Of a stretch of 43,328 nucleotides of DNA, positions 27,423 to 37,237 are shown piece by piece. The DNA comes from a virus (taxonomy: Duplodnaviria; Heunggongvirae; Uroviricota; Caudoviricetes), in the IMG/VR virus record IMGVR_UViG_3300033076_000972, positions 1 through 43,328 of that record. One strand, given 5' to 3'. The notes under the pieces are model-generated. The model saw nothing but the letters and a program-made list of their open reading frames with translations. It did no database searches and had not been told where the DNA came from. A program made the position numbers and the translations under genes. Numbering within the stretch: the stretch's first letter is position 1; each line of letters begins with the position of its first letter.

Positions 27423-30128
27423 TTGTTCCTCCCAACCTTCTTCAGCTAAATTGTAAATGTAATCAGGACTAATTCCTACTTTATCCCAAAATTTCATTTC
27501 GGGTTCTGAAATTGTTAACACATCTTCTAATTTGTCTTGGTCAGCATCCTCAAATGGATGACCATTAATTAATTGACATTGTTCCTTAGTGAAAAATTCT
27601 CGTTTAGAAGGATTATCAACAATTAAAGAATTTCTTACATCGTCTTTAAACACAACCATCAAAGGTTCGATACGTTTATTAAAAGTTGTAATTGCTCTTG
27701 GTACATTATATTCACCCAACATATCAGGATTTCTTTCAAGCTCATCATTGTCCAATCTATAAGCATTAATAACCAATGAATCGGCTTTCTTTACAACATC
27801 ACCATGTGAGGCTTTTGTACCGTTATTCACATAAAAAATAACGTCACCCAAGTTAGCAGCAATGTTATCATGGATAATAAGTTCCATATGTGCTTGTCTT
27901 GACATCATACTCCCTGATTTAGTCTTTTGACCACATCTTACTTTATAATCATCTACTGATATTTTAACCTTAGCACGTGACGCAATTTGTTTTAAAGGGA
28001 TTTGTTTGTTAAAGATTTTTTCCAAATATTCATAGTACCAATCAACAAATTGTTGACCCTCACCCATTAATAACATTTTAATACCTTTGTCCAAAAATGC
28101 TTCAATATATAAAGGTAACTTCTTTGATTTAATAGTATTACCAACCAATTTAATTTTACCTTTGTCAGTCATCAAAGCGTAATTTTTACGTGCTAAGTTA
28201 ATACATGACGGCCAAACACCATCGTTATCCAATGCCATTTCACCTTTCATAAACAAATCATTATACTCAGCAATATCAGCAGCAGCTCCTGTATATTCCT
28301 TACCCTCTTTGACTTTCCAATTCAAACCTTTACCAATGTATTTACGTGATTCAACATCAGATGGTGATGAAAAGTTCACACCGTCCGTGTCCATAACCAA
28401 TGGGTCATAACCACGTTTCATAAAAAATTTAATCATTTGACGTAGATATTGTCTCCCCGTACAAGTAATTCTCTCACCTTGATTCATATCACCCCAATGG
28501 TAAACCTGAGGTGCTGAAAGAGCACCAAACATTGAGTTAATAAAAATCTTAATTGGTAATTGTTTTCTATCATATGATAATGACTTTTTAGGGTCTGATT
28601 TAGAAAACTCTTCAGCCAATTGTTTATACAAGATACGAGTATTTCTAAAATATGTTAACATACCTTTCATCGCTCCTGTAACGTCACAGTCAGGAAATAC
28701 ATCATGTACTAATTGAATTGAAGGATAAAGTGAACTAAAGTCAAGTTTCAAAACGTCTGTTGAATAACCTACTTTAATCAAACGTGAAAGTCCTCCAACA
28801 AAGTCTTGTTTTGATTGTTTAGCTGGAATTGCAAGTCCGTGTTTGTATGACCACGCTCTCATTTGAATTTCCCAAAGTGTTGCGGTACCCATTGTTGCAA
28901 TTCTCTGATATGTTGTTGGAACCAAAGACGCCAACAAAAATGAACCCTGATTAAACTCTTCGTCCACTCTTAAAGTCTCAATTAAGTCATCGTCAAGATA
29001 CCTTTCAACCAAATCATCACCTGTAGTTTTTATGTAAGTGTCAGTTCTTCTACTACAAACTTCATCAACTTTTTCATCAATACCACATTTTTTATATTTT
29101 CCATTTTGAACATTCAACCAATAATCTTCTTTTTTGGCATACATAGAACCAATATCGGTATGGTCGATGTAGATACGGTCAGCATCTTCAGCTTCTAAGT
29201 ATTGAACTATGTATTTCAAACCTGCGGATTTAATGTTTGAATTAATCGCCTGTGCTCGTCTTACTGAGTGTAATGCGTCAATAACATTATACCCCCAAAT
29301 AGATGTTTGAGTGTAATCTTCAATTTCGTTAGCAAGTTTTAATAAACCTTTTGTTTGACTGATTGATTTTTCAGGATTCAAAGATTTACAAATCTTTTTA
29401 ACATCCAAACCTAACGCTTTTGCTCTTTCAAATATCCAATACCAGTCAAACGCAAATCCGTTATAGGAAACAATGATTGATGGTTTAATTTCATTTATAT
29501 GATTAAAGAAATCGATAATACCTTGTCTTTCTTGTTCCTCAGTTGCACATTCAATAACCTTATGAAATCCTTTATTTGTTTTGAGTCCAAACATGAATAT
29601 TCTACCGTCTTTCGGCTCTAAAGCGGTAGTTTCTAAGTCAAATACAAAACGAGTTACGTCATCATAGCTTTCAAAACCTTTAAATAATCTTTTTTCTTTT
29701 TGAATCAAATATTGTTCAATTGGTGGTAAAATCAAAACTTTATCTTTAGCCTTTTCACCATATGGGTCAATACCACCGTCACGGAAAAATTGAACTAACG
29801 TTCTATACCCTTTCAAAGATTTAACCATAAAAGACAAACCGTCTTCAAGTCTTTTATTTCCGTCTGTTCTTAATTTTTCAATAACAATTCCATATTTGGA
29901 CATTGCCTCTTTTTGTAGTCCTTTTGAGCTTTGATAAAAATTGAGTCCACGTAAATCACCAACCCATGCAAATGGGATAAATGTATCACGTTTAACAATT
30001 TTACCTTTAACGGGGTCTTCAATAATTTTGTAAATGGAGTCACTCAAATAGTCAAATTCAACACTGACTATAAATTGTTCAGGGTCAGAACCCTTCAAAA
30101 AATCTTCAATTTCTTCTGCTGGTATCAT
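27399..30128 (-). CDS. polB: Family B DNA polymerase
   Basis: ExoI FDLETT, ExoII YNGFAFDW and ExoIII YLDDD; polymerase motifs DFSSLYPS, KIFINSMFG and MDTDG. Confidence 0.95.
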   Translation of the reverse strand: MIPAEEIEDFLKGSDPEQFIVSVEFDYLSDSIYKIIEDPVKGKIVKRDTFIPFAWVGDLRGLNFYQSSKGLQKEAMSKYGIVIEKLRTDGNKRLEDGLSFMVKSLKGYRTLVQFFRDGGIDPYGEKAKDKVLILPPIEQYLIQKEKRLFKGFESYDDVTRFVFDLETTALEPKDGRIFMFGLKTNKGFHKVIECATEEQERQGIIDFFNHINEIKPSIIVSYNGFAFDWYWIFERAKALGLDVKKICKSLNPEKSISQTKGLLKLANEIEDYTQTSIWGYNVIDALHSVRRAQAINSNIKSAGLKYIVQYLEAEDADRIYIDHTDIGSMYAKKEDYWLNVQNGKYKKCGIDEKVDEVCSRRTDTYIKTTGDDLVERYLDDDLIETLRVDEEFNQGSFLLASLVPTTYQRIATMGTATLWEIQMRAWSYKHGLAIPAKQSKQDFVGGLSRLIKVGYSTDVLKLDFSSLYPSIQLVHDVFPDCDVTGAMKGMLTYFRNTRILYKQLAEEFSKSDPKKSLSYDRKQLPIKIFINSMFGALSAPQVYHWGDMNQGERITCTGRQYLRQMIKFFMKRGYDPLVMDTDGVNFSSPSDVESRKYIGKGLNWKVKEGKEYTGAAADIAEYNDLFMKGEMALDNDGVWPSCINLARKNYALMTDKGKIKLVGNTIKSKKLPLYIEAFLDKGIKMLLMGEGQQFVDWYYEYLEKIFNKQIPLKQIASRAKVKISVDDYKVRCGQKTKSGSMMSRQAHMELIIHDNIAANLGDVIFYVNNGTKASHGDVVKKADSLVINAYRLDNDELERNPDMLGEYNVPRAITTFNKRIEPLMVVFKDDVRNSLIVDNPSKREFFTKEQCQLINGHPFEDADQDKLEDVLTISEPEMKFWDKVGISPDYIYNLAEEGWEEQLVEFETV

Positions 30129-30214
30129 AATATTTTTTAGATTGGTTTATTTGCTTCCGAACTTGTCGGAGTTTACCTTGTCTAAAATAAATATATGTTA
30201 CAGAATTGGGATTA

Positions 30215-30595
30215 TCAACAACAGTATTGAGTTTTGATAAATGAAGGGGTAATGTTAATAAATAAAGATTCTCTGATTGGTACAATCAATTCACCATCAG
30301 TTGTGGTAATACTAAACTCACCCAAATATCTGCCAGGTGTTTTAGTGTCATTAGGACTAAAATTATAATAAATGTAATATTCTTCAGGCGCGTCAGGATT
30401 GTCTAAAAATTTTTGAGTAATGTAAGCGGGTTTTGATGCGATTTTTAACATACCCGTATCTGAGTTAATCATAGAAAACGTTATAATTGCATTTTGTAAC
30501 GAATCCATAAAACTTCTGAAATCGTTTCTACCATCTTTAACAACTTGCATTTTTAAAGTTGGTAATGTTGCGTTTTGTTTTATAAAAAATTCCAT
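30215..30595 (-). CDS. BppU N-terminal-like (Ig-like baseplate/fibre attachment) protein
   Basis: FFIKQNATLPTLKMQV...YYNFSPNDTKTPGRYLGEFSI pattern. It is the last gene of the lectin/adhesin cluster. Confidence 0.5.
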   Translation of the reverse strand: MEFFIKQNATLPTLKMQVVKDGRNDFRSFMDSLQNAIITFSMINSDTGMLKIASKPAYITQKFLDNPDAPEEYYIYYNFSPNDTKTPGRYLGEFSITTTDGELIVPIRESLFINITPSFIKTQYCC

Positions 30596-30621
30596 TTATT
30601 ATAAATACTTTATATTTTGTT

Positions 30622-33438
30622 TTAATATACCTGTGCCGTTTGATATGATTGTCTTGTTGCAGTTGTTGAGAATCCACTAACAGTGTGTAATGTTGTCCAG
30701 TTAGTATTATCATTACTTCCCGCAATTGTCCAAGATGCTGGGTCTCTACTTTCTTCGTCATTCGCAGTTGCCCATCTGTATCCTGTAAACGCTTTAGCAC
30801 TTGAGAATTGGAATATAAAGTTTGTTACGTTACCGTTGGTAACAAAATTTAAATCAAGAGCTTTAGTTGTTAATAATCCATCTACTAAGTTTGGTGGAGT
30901 TTCACCAACTGGGTTATTTCCGCTTGGATTTGTAACGGTAACTCCCGCCATACTTTGGTCAACACCACCAATTTGGAATACAAATTCAGATGCCTGTACA
31001 CAGTTAGCGTTAGGTGGCATTGTTTTTGCTGCGGTTATTTGCCATCTATAATACGTAAATGCGGTTCTTGTTGGTGTTGGTGTTACGGTTCGTGTTATTG
31101 TTGGTGTTACCGAAGGTGTTACAGAAATTGTAGGAGTAGGTGTTGGTGTTTTAGTTACCGAAGGTGTTACAGAAATTGTAGGAGTAACTGTTGGTGTTTT
31201 AGTTACCGAAGGTGTTACAGAAATTGTAGGTGTATTAGTTGGTGTTGGAGTTGGAGTTAAAGATATTGAACTATAATACTTAATAACAACTATACCACTA
31301 CCACCCGAACCACCTGGTTGTGCAGCTCCACTAGTATTACCTCCACCACCACCACCTTTACCTGTGTTAGCGGTTCCCGCAGCACCCGAAACTGATGTAT
31401 TTCCTTTAGCACCATTACCACCAGCACCATAAACATTACTAACACCTGTTATTAGTGATGTTAACCCGGTACCACCAGTACCACCAGCAGATGCGGTACC
31501 ATTTGTACCACTTGTGGTTGCTCCACCACCACCTCCGCCTGAACCACCAACAGCAGATGCTGAACTTCCACCACCATTACCGGCACCTGCAACGGATATG
31601 TTTGAGTTTTGTACCGCTCCACCAACACCTACACCACCTGGCGCACTTCTACTACCATAACCACCTGTACCTCCTGATGCAACTATAGTATCAAATGATG
31701 AATTAACACCATTAGAACCGTCAATATTACTTCTTACTGACGCACCACCGCTTCCACCGCCACCAACAACAACAGTGTAAACACCGCCAGGTGTTACTGG
31801 TGTAGTTCCTGTAAGTACCATACCACCGGCACCTCCACCTCCACCACCTGTGTCATAACCATTACCACCGCCACCACCGCCACCAACAATTAAGTATTCA
31901 ATTGATGTTACGTCAGATGGTGCGGTCCAAGTTGTACTTCCAGTAGTTGCAAATGTAATTGATGTTGATTGTGGAACATCAAATGCGTATAATAAAGCGT
32001 TTCCGACTAATTTTGTTATTGCTAATGTTGGTGAATTTATATTACCAAACCATGTATTAAAACTTATTAATTTTGAATTTCCTACTTTTCTATACCCAAT
32101 AAATGGATAAGAATTAGAAGTGAAATTTGCATAGGTAGTTGAGCCATTGACAACAGGTACATTACCATTTGTGAACGAGCCGGCACCTATATTAAAACCA
32201 ACGTTATCAGTTATTGGTGACTGTACCAAAACTGCAAAATTTCCCGTTGCGTCTGTTGATTGTGCTTGTGTGTTGAATGTTGTTGTTCCTGTATGATTGA
32301 ATGTACCGGGATAAATACTCCATAAGAATGTACCTGCAATCATATGACCACCCGAATTAACAAAGTTTGTAAGTGCGGTTGCCAAGGTTGGGGTTCCGTA
32401 TTGTGCACTATTGGTCCACATTACAACCGCATCGTAATTGTCGGTTGTAATATTACCACTACCTGTATAAGTTGTACTCATAGTAACGGCTGAATACGTT
32501 ATAGAACTACCCGTATTTGTAATATAACTTGATATGTTAGTGGCTACTGTTGCGTAGTTTGTATCACCCAAGAATAAAACACGTCTCTGTGAAACAATTG
32601 GTGATGCACTTGGGGTAATTGTTATGGTTGGCGTTATAGTTGGTGTAATAGATATAGTTGGTGTTTGAGTAGGTGTATTAGTTACAGTAGGAGTGTTAGT
32701 TACTGTTGGCGTAACTGTATTTGTAGGTGTAACTGATATTGTAGGTGTTTGAGTTGGAGTATCAGTTACTGTAGGAGTAACAGTTGTTGTAGGAGTCTGA
32801 GTAGGAGTATTAGTAATAGTTGGTGTTATACTAATTGTTGGTGTGACTGTGTTTGTAGGAGTCTGAGTAGGAGTATTAGTAATAGTTGGTGTTATACTAA
32901 TTGTTGGTGTGATTGTGTTTGTAGGAGTTTGAGTAGGGGTATTGGTTACACTTGGCGTTACACTAATCGTTGGTGTGACTGTGTTTGTAGGAGTTTGAGT
33001 TGGTGTGTCAGTTACTGTAGGGGTAAGAGTTATTGTAGGTGTTATTGTCGGAGTATTAGTAACACTTGGCGTTACACTAATTGTTGGTGTAACTGTACTT
33101 GTAGGAGTTTGAGTCGGAGTATTAGTTATTGTAGGTGTAATACTAATTGTAGGTGTAACTGTAGGCGTATTAGTAATAGTTGGAGTAACTGTATTTGTTG
33201 GCGTTGAAGTAATTGCTGTGGTGGGTGTTGGTGTATTAGTTGGTAAAGGTGTTCTTGTTGGGTATGATGTTCCATAACCATAAACAACAACATCCCAATT
33301 GGTATTACCAGTTGTTGGTTCACTATTAGTACTACTAAATAATGATACATACATTGTATTCAGATGTGTCACAAAAGTATTTGATGTGTAAGTAACACCT
33401 GAATTCCAAAAACCACCCCAACTAAAATTTGACATCAT
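30622..33438 (-). CDS. Thr/Pro-rich multidomain adhesin/fibre-like protein (CBM-like N-module, TP repeats, Gly-rich domain, C-terminal discoidin/F5-8-like domain)
   Basis: 938 aa with long TPT repeats, an internal RVLFLGD...YDAVVMW...FVNSGG domain and a Gly-rich block [13 protein letters not shown]. The C-terminus reads YRWQIT...YRWATAND...[12 protein letters not shown]...W. Confidence 0.75.
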   Translation of the reverse strand: MMSNFSWGGFWNSGVTYTSNTFVTHLNTMYVSLFSSTNSEPTTGNTNWDVVVYGYGTSYPTRTPLPTNTPTPTTAITSTPTNTVTPTITNTPTVTPTISITPTITNTPTQTPTSTVTPTISVTPSVTNTPTITPTITLTPTVTDTPTQTPTNTVTPTISVTPSVTNTPTQTPTNTITPTISITPTITNTPTQTPTNTVTPTISITPTITNTPTQTPTTTVTPTVTDTPTQTPTISVTPTNTVTPTVTNTPTVTNTPTQTPTISITPTITPTITITPSASPIVSQRRVLFLGDTNYATVATNISSYITNTGSSITYSAVTMSTTYTGSGNITTDNYDAVVMWTNSAQYGTPTLATALTNFVNSGGHMIAGTFLWSIYPGTFNHTGTTTFNTQAQSTDATGNFAVLVQSPITDNVGFNIGAGSFTNGNVPVVNGSTTYANFTSNSYPFIGYRKVGNSKLISFNTWFGNINSPTLAITKLVGNALLYAFDVPQSTSITFATTGSTTWTAPSDVTSIEYLIVGGGGGGGNGYDTGGGGGGAGGMVLTGTTPVTPGGVYTVVVGGGGSGGASVRSNIDGSNGVNSSFDTIVASGGTGGYGSRSAPGGVGVGGAVQNSNISVAGAGNGGGSSASAVGGSGGGGGGATTSGTNGTASAGGTGGTGLTSLITGVSNVYGAGGNGAKGNTSVSGAAGTANTGKGGGGGGNTSGAAQPGGSGGSGIVVIKYYSSISLTPTPTPTNTPTISVTPSVTKTPTVTPTISVTPSVTKTPTPTPTISVTPSVTPTITRTVTPTPTRTAFTYYRWQITAAKTMPPNANCVQASEFVFQIGGVDQSMAGVTVTNPSGNNPVGETPPNLVDGLLTTKALDLNFVTNGNVTNFIFQFSSAKAFTGYRWATANDEESRDPASWTIAGSNDNTNWTTLHTVSGFSTTATRQSYQTAQVY
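31065..31262 (-). repeat. Coding 48-nt tandem repeats ([12 protein letters not shown]-like)
   Basis: gttaccgaaggtgttacagaaattgtagg occurs three times at about 48-nt spacing. Confidence 0.85.
32600..33262 (-). repeat. Degenerate coding tandem repeats (Thr/Pro; ~22-aa units such as [22 protein letters not shown])
   Basis: Near-identical 66-nt units, e.g. starting at 32810 and 32876. Confidence 0.9.
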
Positions 33439-33465
33439 ATATAATTATTTTTTACTAAATTTATT

Positions 33466-35127
33466 TTATACAAATCTTGTTGATAAGAAATTATATTGTT
33501 GGGTAATTTCTGAAAGACTAAGTGATTTATTGTAGTAATACATGTTAGCAACGTACCCAAATGGTTGACCATTAATCGAACCCCAATAATCATGTCTATT
33601 TCCAGCCGCATTGTATGACACGCTTCCAACTTGGGTTGTGTTGATATAGAATGTACTACCAGTACTTGTACCGACAACAGTTAACTGAGCCCATGTATCC
33701 AAAATAGGTGTAACATCATATCCTGTGCTAAAGAATGATGGTGTGTCATTATCGTAAAAACCTAAAGTATTTGTACTTATATTGACAAGAACTGGGTGGT
33801 CATTCGGAGCGGTTCTATATAGTGTTCTATAAGTTGTTGAGTTATTTTTGATTCTAACCCATGATACATAAGTGTAACCACTTGATGGTAATGTCGGACC
33901 AGTGCTGTTTACTCTAATATTTGTTGTTAATCCATTACAGTCAAAACATTTAACACCACTTAAAACGGTATATGGAGCATTTGTTAACGTGTGATTATAT
34001 CCACTTTTTATATCATAAACTGTTGTACCTGTTCCAGGATAACTTGAACTTGTATATGCATCAAGTTGAATTACTAACCCATTTGTAACTATATTTGGGG
34101 TTGGTGTAATTGTTGGTGTTGGAGTAACAGTAGGTGTATTAGTAATTGTTGATGTTGGTGTGATAGTAGGTGTGTTAGTTATTGTCGGTGTCGGGGATAA
34201 AGTAATTGAAGGAGTAACAGTAGGTGTGTTAGTTATTGTTGGTGTTGGTGTTATATTATATCCGTAACGCCCTTTGTAATCATCCCATTCATTACCAACC
34301 TCAATATTTGATAATGCTCTTTTCCATACTTTAACAATTGAAATTTTACCGTTAAAATATTCATTTATGTAAGTTCGCCCAACGGTAAGATTTGAATTTA
34401 TCCCAACATTATGTCCTGTTGGTGAATCACTTCCAATGTTTGTACCATTGAAGTAAAGTTTTCTTGTTGTTCCATCAAATGATGCAATAATATTATACCA
34501 AGTGTTTGTACTGTATGATTGATTTACAGCTAAATCGTAATACCACCAATAGTTAATAATTGCTTGGTTTCCACCATTATTTAAAAATCTAATAGCGTTT
34601 GCCTGACCAACATTACCATAATTACCCCAACCTATTATACCATCATCACTTAACAAATTATCAGGTGAAACCCAAACACTTATAGTGTAATTTTCATTAT
34701 TTATAGGAATTTGAGTTACCGTTGTAAAATCAATTAAATCTGATGTACCGTTAAAATCAAAATATCCTGATTGTAATGAGTTATATGTTGGACCGTTAAT
34801 GTTACCATTATTTCCAAACCCTGAAATGTCATACCATGTTGAACCAGTACCACCATATGAAGAATTATTTCCAGCATCTAAGAATAATACAGGTCCTAAT
34901 GGTGTTGACGAACTACTTGGTGTTTGAGTTGGCGTTATACTTGGTGTCGGTGTAATTTGATTTACACCAATAACAAAAACATTCCAATTTAACATGTCTT
35001 CATTTGGTGGTAAAAGACTATAAAAACTATTTGTTGAAACATAACATATGTTATCTTTTTTAACAAATGTGTTTACCGAATACGAAGTACCCGAAACCCA
35101 TTGACCAAACCATGTAAAATTAGACAT
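33466..35127 (-). CDS. Tandem LamG/concanavalin-A-like domain protein with a TP linker
   Basis: Two LDA..SSY.G.G.T.YD.....N..L...P.Y repeats and FNGKISIVKVWKRALS / ANMYYYNKSLS endings. It has the shared N-terminal module. Confidence 0.8.
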   Translation of the reverse strand: MSNFTWFGQWVSGTSYSVNTFVKKDNICYVSTNSFYSLLPPNEDMLNWNVFVIGVNQITPTPSITPTQTPSSSSTPLGPVLFLDAGNNSSYGGTGSTWYDISGFGNNGNINGPTYNSLQSGYFDFNGTSDLIDFTTVTQIPINNENYTISVWVSPDNLLSDDGIIGWGNYGNVGQANAIRFLNNGGNQAIINYWWYYDLAVNQSYSTNTWYNIIASFDGTTRKLYFNGTNIGSDSPTGHNVGINSNLTVGRTYINEYFNGKISIVKVWKRALSNIEVGNEWDDYKGRYGYNITPTPTITNTPTVTPSITLSPTPTITNTPTITPTSTITNTPTVTPTPTITPTPNIVTNGLVIQLDAYTSSSYPGTGTTVYDIKSGYNHTLTNAPYTVLSGVKCFDCNGLTTNIRVNSTGPTLPSSGYTYVSWVRIKNNSTTYRTLYRTAPNDHPVLVNISTNTLGFYDNDTPSFFSTGYDVTPILDTWAQLTVVGTSTGSTFYINTTQVGSVSYNAAGNRHDYWGSINGQPFGYVANMYYYNKSLSLSEITQQYNFLSTRFV

Positions 35128-35294
35128 TAATTACGTACTATTACATCCCAATTATCAGTATCCACAAAAGGATTTACATCTGTTGCTGGAACAAAATTCT
35201 TGGAAATGTATAACACATTGTCCCATAGTACAACCACGTTTTCATTATAAGGTAAATTTGGTAACCAAGTACCCTTCCAATTAAATTGAGCCAT
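35127..35294 (-). CDS. Stand-alone 55-aa CBM5/12-like module (absent from the ORF track)
   Basis: Hand-translated MAQFNWKGTWLPNLPYNENVVVLWDNVLYISKNFVPATDVNPFVDTDNWDVIVRN. It has its own TATTTAT motif (35302-35308) and TAATG coupling to the next gene. Confidence 0.75.
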   Translation of the reverse strand: MAQFNWKGTWLPNLPYNENVVVLWDNVLYISKNFVPATDVNPFVDTDNWDVIVRN

Positions 35295-35356
35295 TTAACC
35301 TATAAATAGTTGGCGATTTAAAAACCTTTTTTACAATCTGTATTTTAATTTGTTGT

Positions 35357-37237
35357 TTAAGTAAATTGTAAACTCCAAGAAAGTAATCCGTGATTATCGG
35401 TAGAACCTCCTGTTCCCGCACCGAATCCCATATAATAAGAACTTGTGTCAAATGAGAAACTATTAAATGTTTTGTTTGGCGAACCGGGCTTACTATTTGT
35501 TGTGTTCCAATACAATGCAAATGTTTGAGCGGAGTGATTATAGTCACCCCAAAAATACAATGTTTGTCTCCAAAATCCAGAACTTACACTTGTTGCACCT
35601 TGTGAAACATTATTTTTATACCAAGTATAATTGTTATTTGTGAATGTTAAGAATGTGATTGCGTTTATTGCAGTACTAATTAAACCAACACCACCACCTG
35701 TTGGGCCGTTTGTATTATTTGTCGGTGTCCATTGTACACAATATCCATCAGCGCCCGTACCACCACTAATAAATATTGACCACTGAGTCGAGAAGTTTCT
35801 ATCATATTTGATTGCAGTAGTTCTATAAACATTACCAACTTGATTTGTGGATGCCGTTGTTAGATAGTAAATATTTGATGATACAGATGTATTACCAACA
35901 CCAACAAGTCCAGTGGTTGAAGCAAAATTAGAATAACTAAATCCTTGTGCATTTATGTTTGTTGGAGTTGGAGTGTTAGTTGGTGTAACCGTAGGTGTTT
36001 GTGTTAATGTTGGTGTAACCGTTGGAGTTGCCGTAGGAGTTACTGTAGGAGTTGGTGTTGGAGTAACTGCTCCATTCACAACATAACTAATATACACGGT
36101 TTGCCCCGTAACAAAGTTAGTAGTTGCAGATTGAATTAATACCAACTGATTTGGTCTTGTTTGTGGATTATAATTAAAACTATTACCACCTGAAGTGTCA
36201 TATATAAATGCGGTTGGTGAACCACTATAAATTGCGGTATCACCATTTTGTGTAAAATAAACGGTAACAGAAACACCTGTCATTCCTGAATAATAACTTA
36301 TTCTATTAACCGATGAATTATCTATTGAGTTCCAATAAACACCATTTGTTGTAAATGTGTTAGGATTTGTTGTCCCACTATTTAAACCAGGTGTTGCAAA
36401 TGTTGGGAATATTGTGTTTCCACTTGTTGGTACTTGGTAAGGTAATACCACTAAGTTATATCCATAACCCGTAACAGGTATTGGTGTTACAGATGGTGTT
36501 GGTGTATTTGTTGGTGTCTGAGTTGGTGTATCAGTTACTGTAGGAGTAATAGTTGTTGTAGGTGTAACAGTAGGCGTGTTAGTAATAGTTGGTGTTATAC
36601 TAATTGTTGGTGTAACTGTGTTTGTAGGAGTCTGAGTAGGTGTGTCAGTTACTGTGGGAGTAATAGTTGTTGTAGGTGTATTTGTTATTGTTGGTGTAAC
36701 TGTACTTGTAGGAGTTTGAGTCGGAGTATTTGTTATACTTGGAGTTACACTAATTGTTGGTGTAATAGTTGGTGTTAGGGTTAATGTTGGTGTAACTGAT
36801 GGTGTTAGTGTCTTAGTAACGGTTGGTGTAATAGTTGAGGTAATTGTTGGTGTCGGAGTTTTAGTAACTGATGGTGTTATAGTTGGTGTAATAGTTGAGG
36901 TAATTGTTGGTGTCGGAGTTTTAGTAACTGTTGGTGTAACAGTAGATGTTTGTGTTGGAGTAATTGTCGGAGTTAGTGTTGGTGTTGGAGTAACTGTAGA
37001 TGTTGGTGTTGGGGATGGGTTTGGTTCGGTAATATCAATCACAAATGTTTGGTCTGTACCTGAAAAATAAATAAAAACTTTACCTTGTGGTGTGCCATCT
37101 GCTGGAAAATAATCAAAAGGTATTGTTTCAGTACCTAAATTAAACGTTTGATTTAATGTTGTATCCAAATATGTTACTAAACAAGTTTGTCCACTATAAA
37201 CAGTACTTTCAACTCTAAATCCGTAATTATTTGACAT
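35357..37237 (-). CDS. Thr/Pro-rich protein with a C-terminal legume (L-type) lectin-like domain
   Basis: Long TP repeats, then LTTASTNQVGNVY...FSTQWSI...GADG...YMGFGAGTGGSTDNHGLLSW. Start ATG at 37237 overlaps the upstream TAA. Confidence 0.75.
   Translation of the reverse strand: MSNNYGFRVESTVYSGQTCLVTYLDTTLNQTFNLGTETIPFDYFPADGTPQGKVFIYFSGTDQTFVIDITEPNPSPTPTSTVTPTPTLTPTITPTQTSTVTPTVTKTPTPTITSTITPTITPSVTKTPTPTITSTITPTVTKTLTPSVTPTLTLTPTITPTISVTPSITNTPTQTPTSTVTPTITNTPTTTITPTVTDTPTQTPTNTVTPTISITPTITNTPTVTPTTTITPTVTDTPTQTPTNTPTPSVTPIPVTGYGYNLVVLPYQVPTSGNTIFPTFATPGLNSGTTNPNTFTTNGVYWNSIDNSSVNRISYYSGMTGVSVTVYFTQNGDTAIYSGSPTAFIYDTSGGNSFNYNPQTRPNQLVLIQSATTNFVTGQTVYISYVVNGAVTPTPTPTVTPTATPTVTPTLTQTPTVTPTNTPTPTNINAQGFSYSNFASTTGLVGVGNTSVSSNIYYLTTASTNQVGNVYRTTAIKYDRNFSTQWSIFISGGTGADGYCVQWTPTNNTNGPTGGGVGLISTAINAITFLTFTNNNYTWYKNNVSQGATSVSSGFWRQTLYFWGDYNHSAQTFALYWNTTNSKPGSPNKTFNSFSFDTSSYYMGFGAGTGGSTDNHGLLSWSLQFT
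36480..37030 (-). repeat. Degenerate coding Thr/Pro tandem repeats
   Basis: Includes an exact 49-nt duplication (36822-36870 and 36882-36930, 60-nt period). Confidence 0.9.

Noticed and set aside
27399-30128. Intein or intron in PolB (or in the SNF2 helicase)
   Set aside because: The ORFs are uninterrupted and motif spacing is normal. No C...HN splice junctions or LAGLIDADG/HNH motifs were seen.
30955-33350. Cys/Arg/Trp-rich or His/Gln-rich ORFs (30955-31260, 31455-31688, 32749-33207, 33126-33350)
   Set aside because: They are antisense or alternate-frame shadows of the Thr/Pro and Gly repeats in the 938-aa gene.
35281-35547. 88-aa ORF from the track
   Set aside because: It overlaps the lectin gene out of frame. 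The real gene in this gap is better explained by 35127-35294.
32600-37030. Regular repeats considered as a CRISPR array or DGR TR/VR pair
   Set aside because: The repeats are in-frame coding, degenerate at third positions and lack unique spacers. There is no reverse transcriptase and no adenine-specific mismatch pattern.
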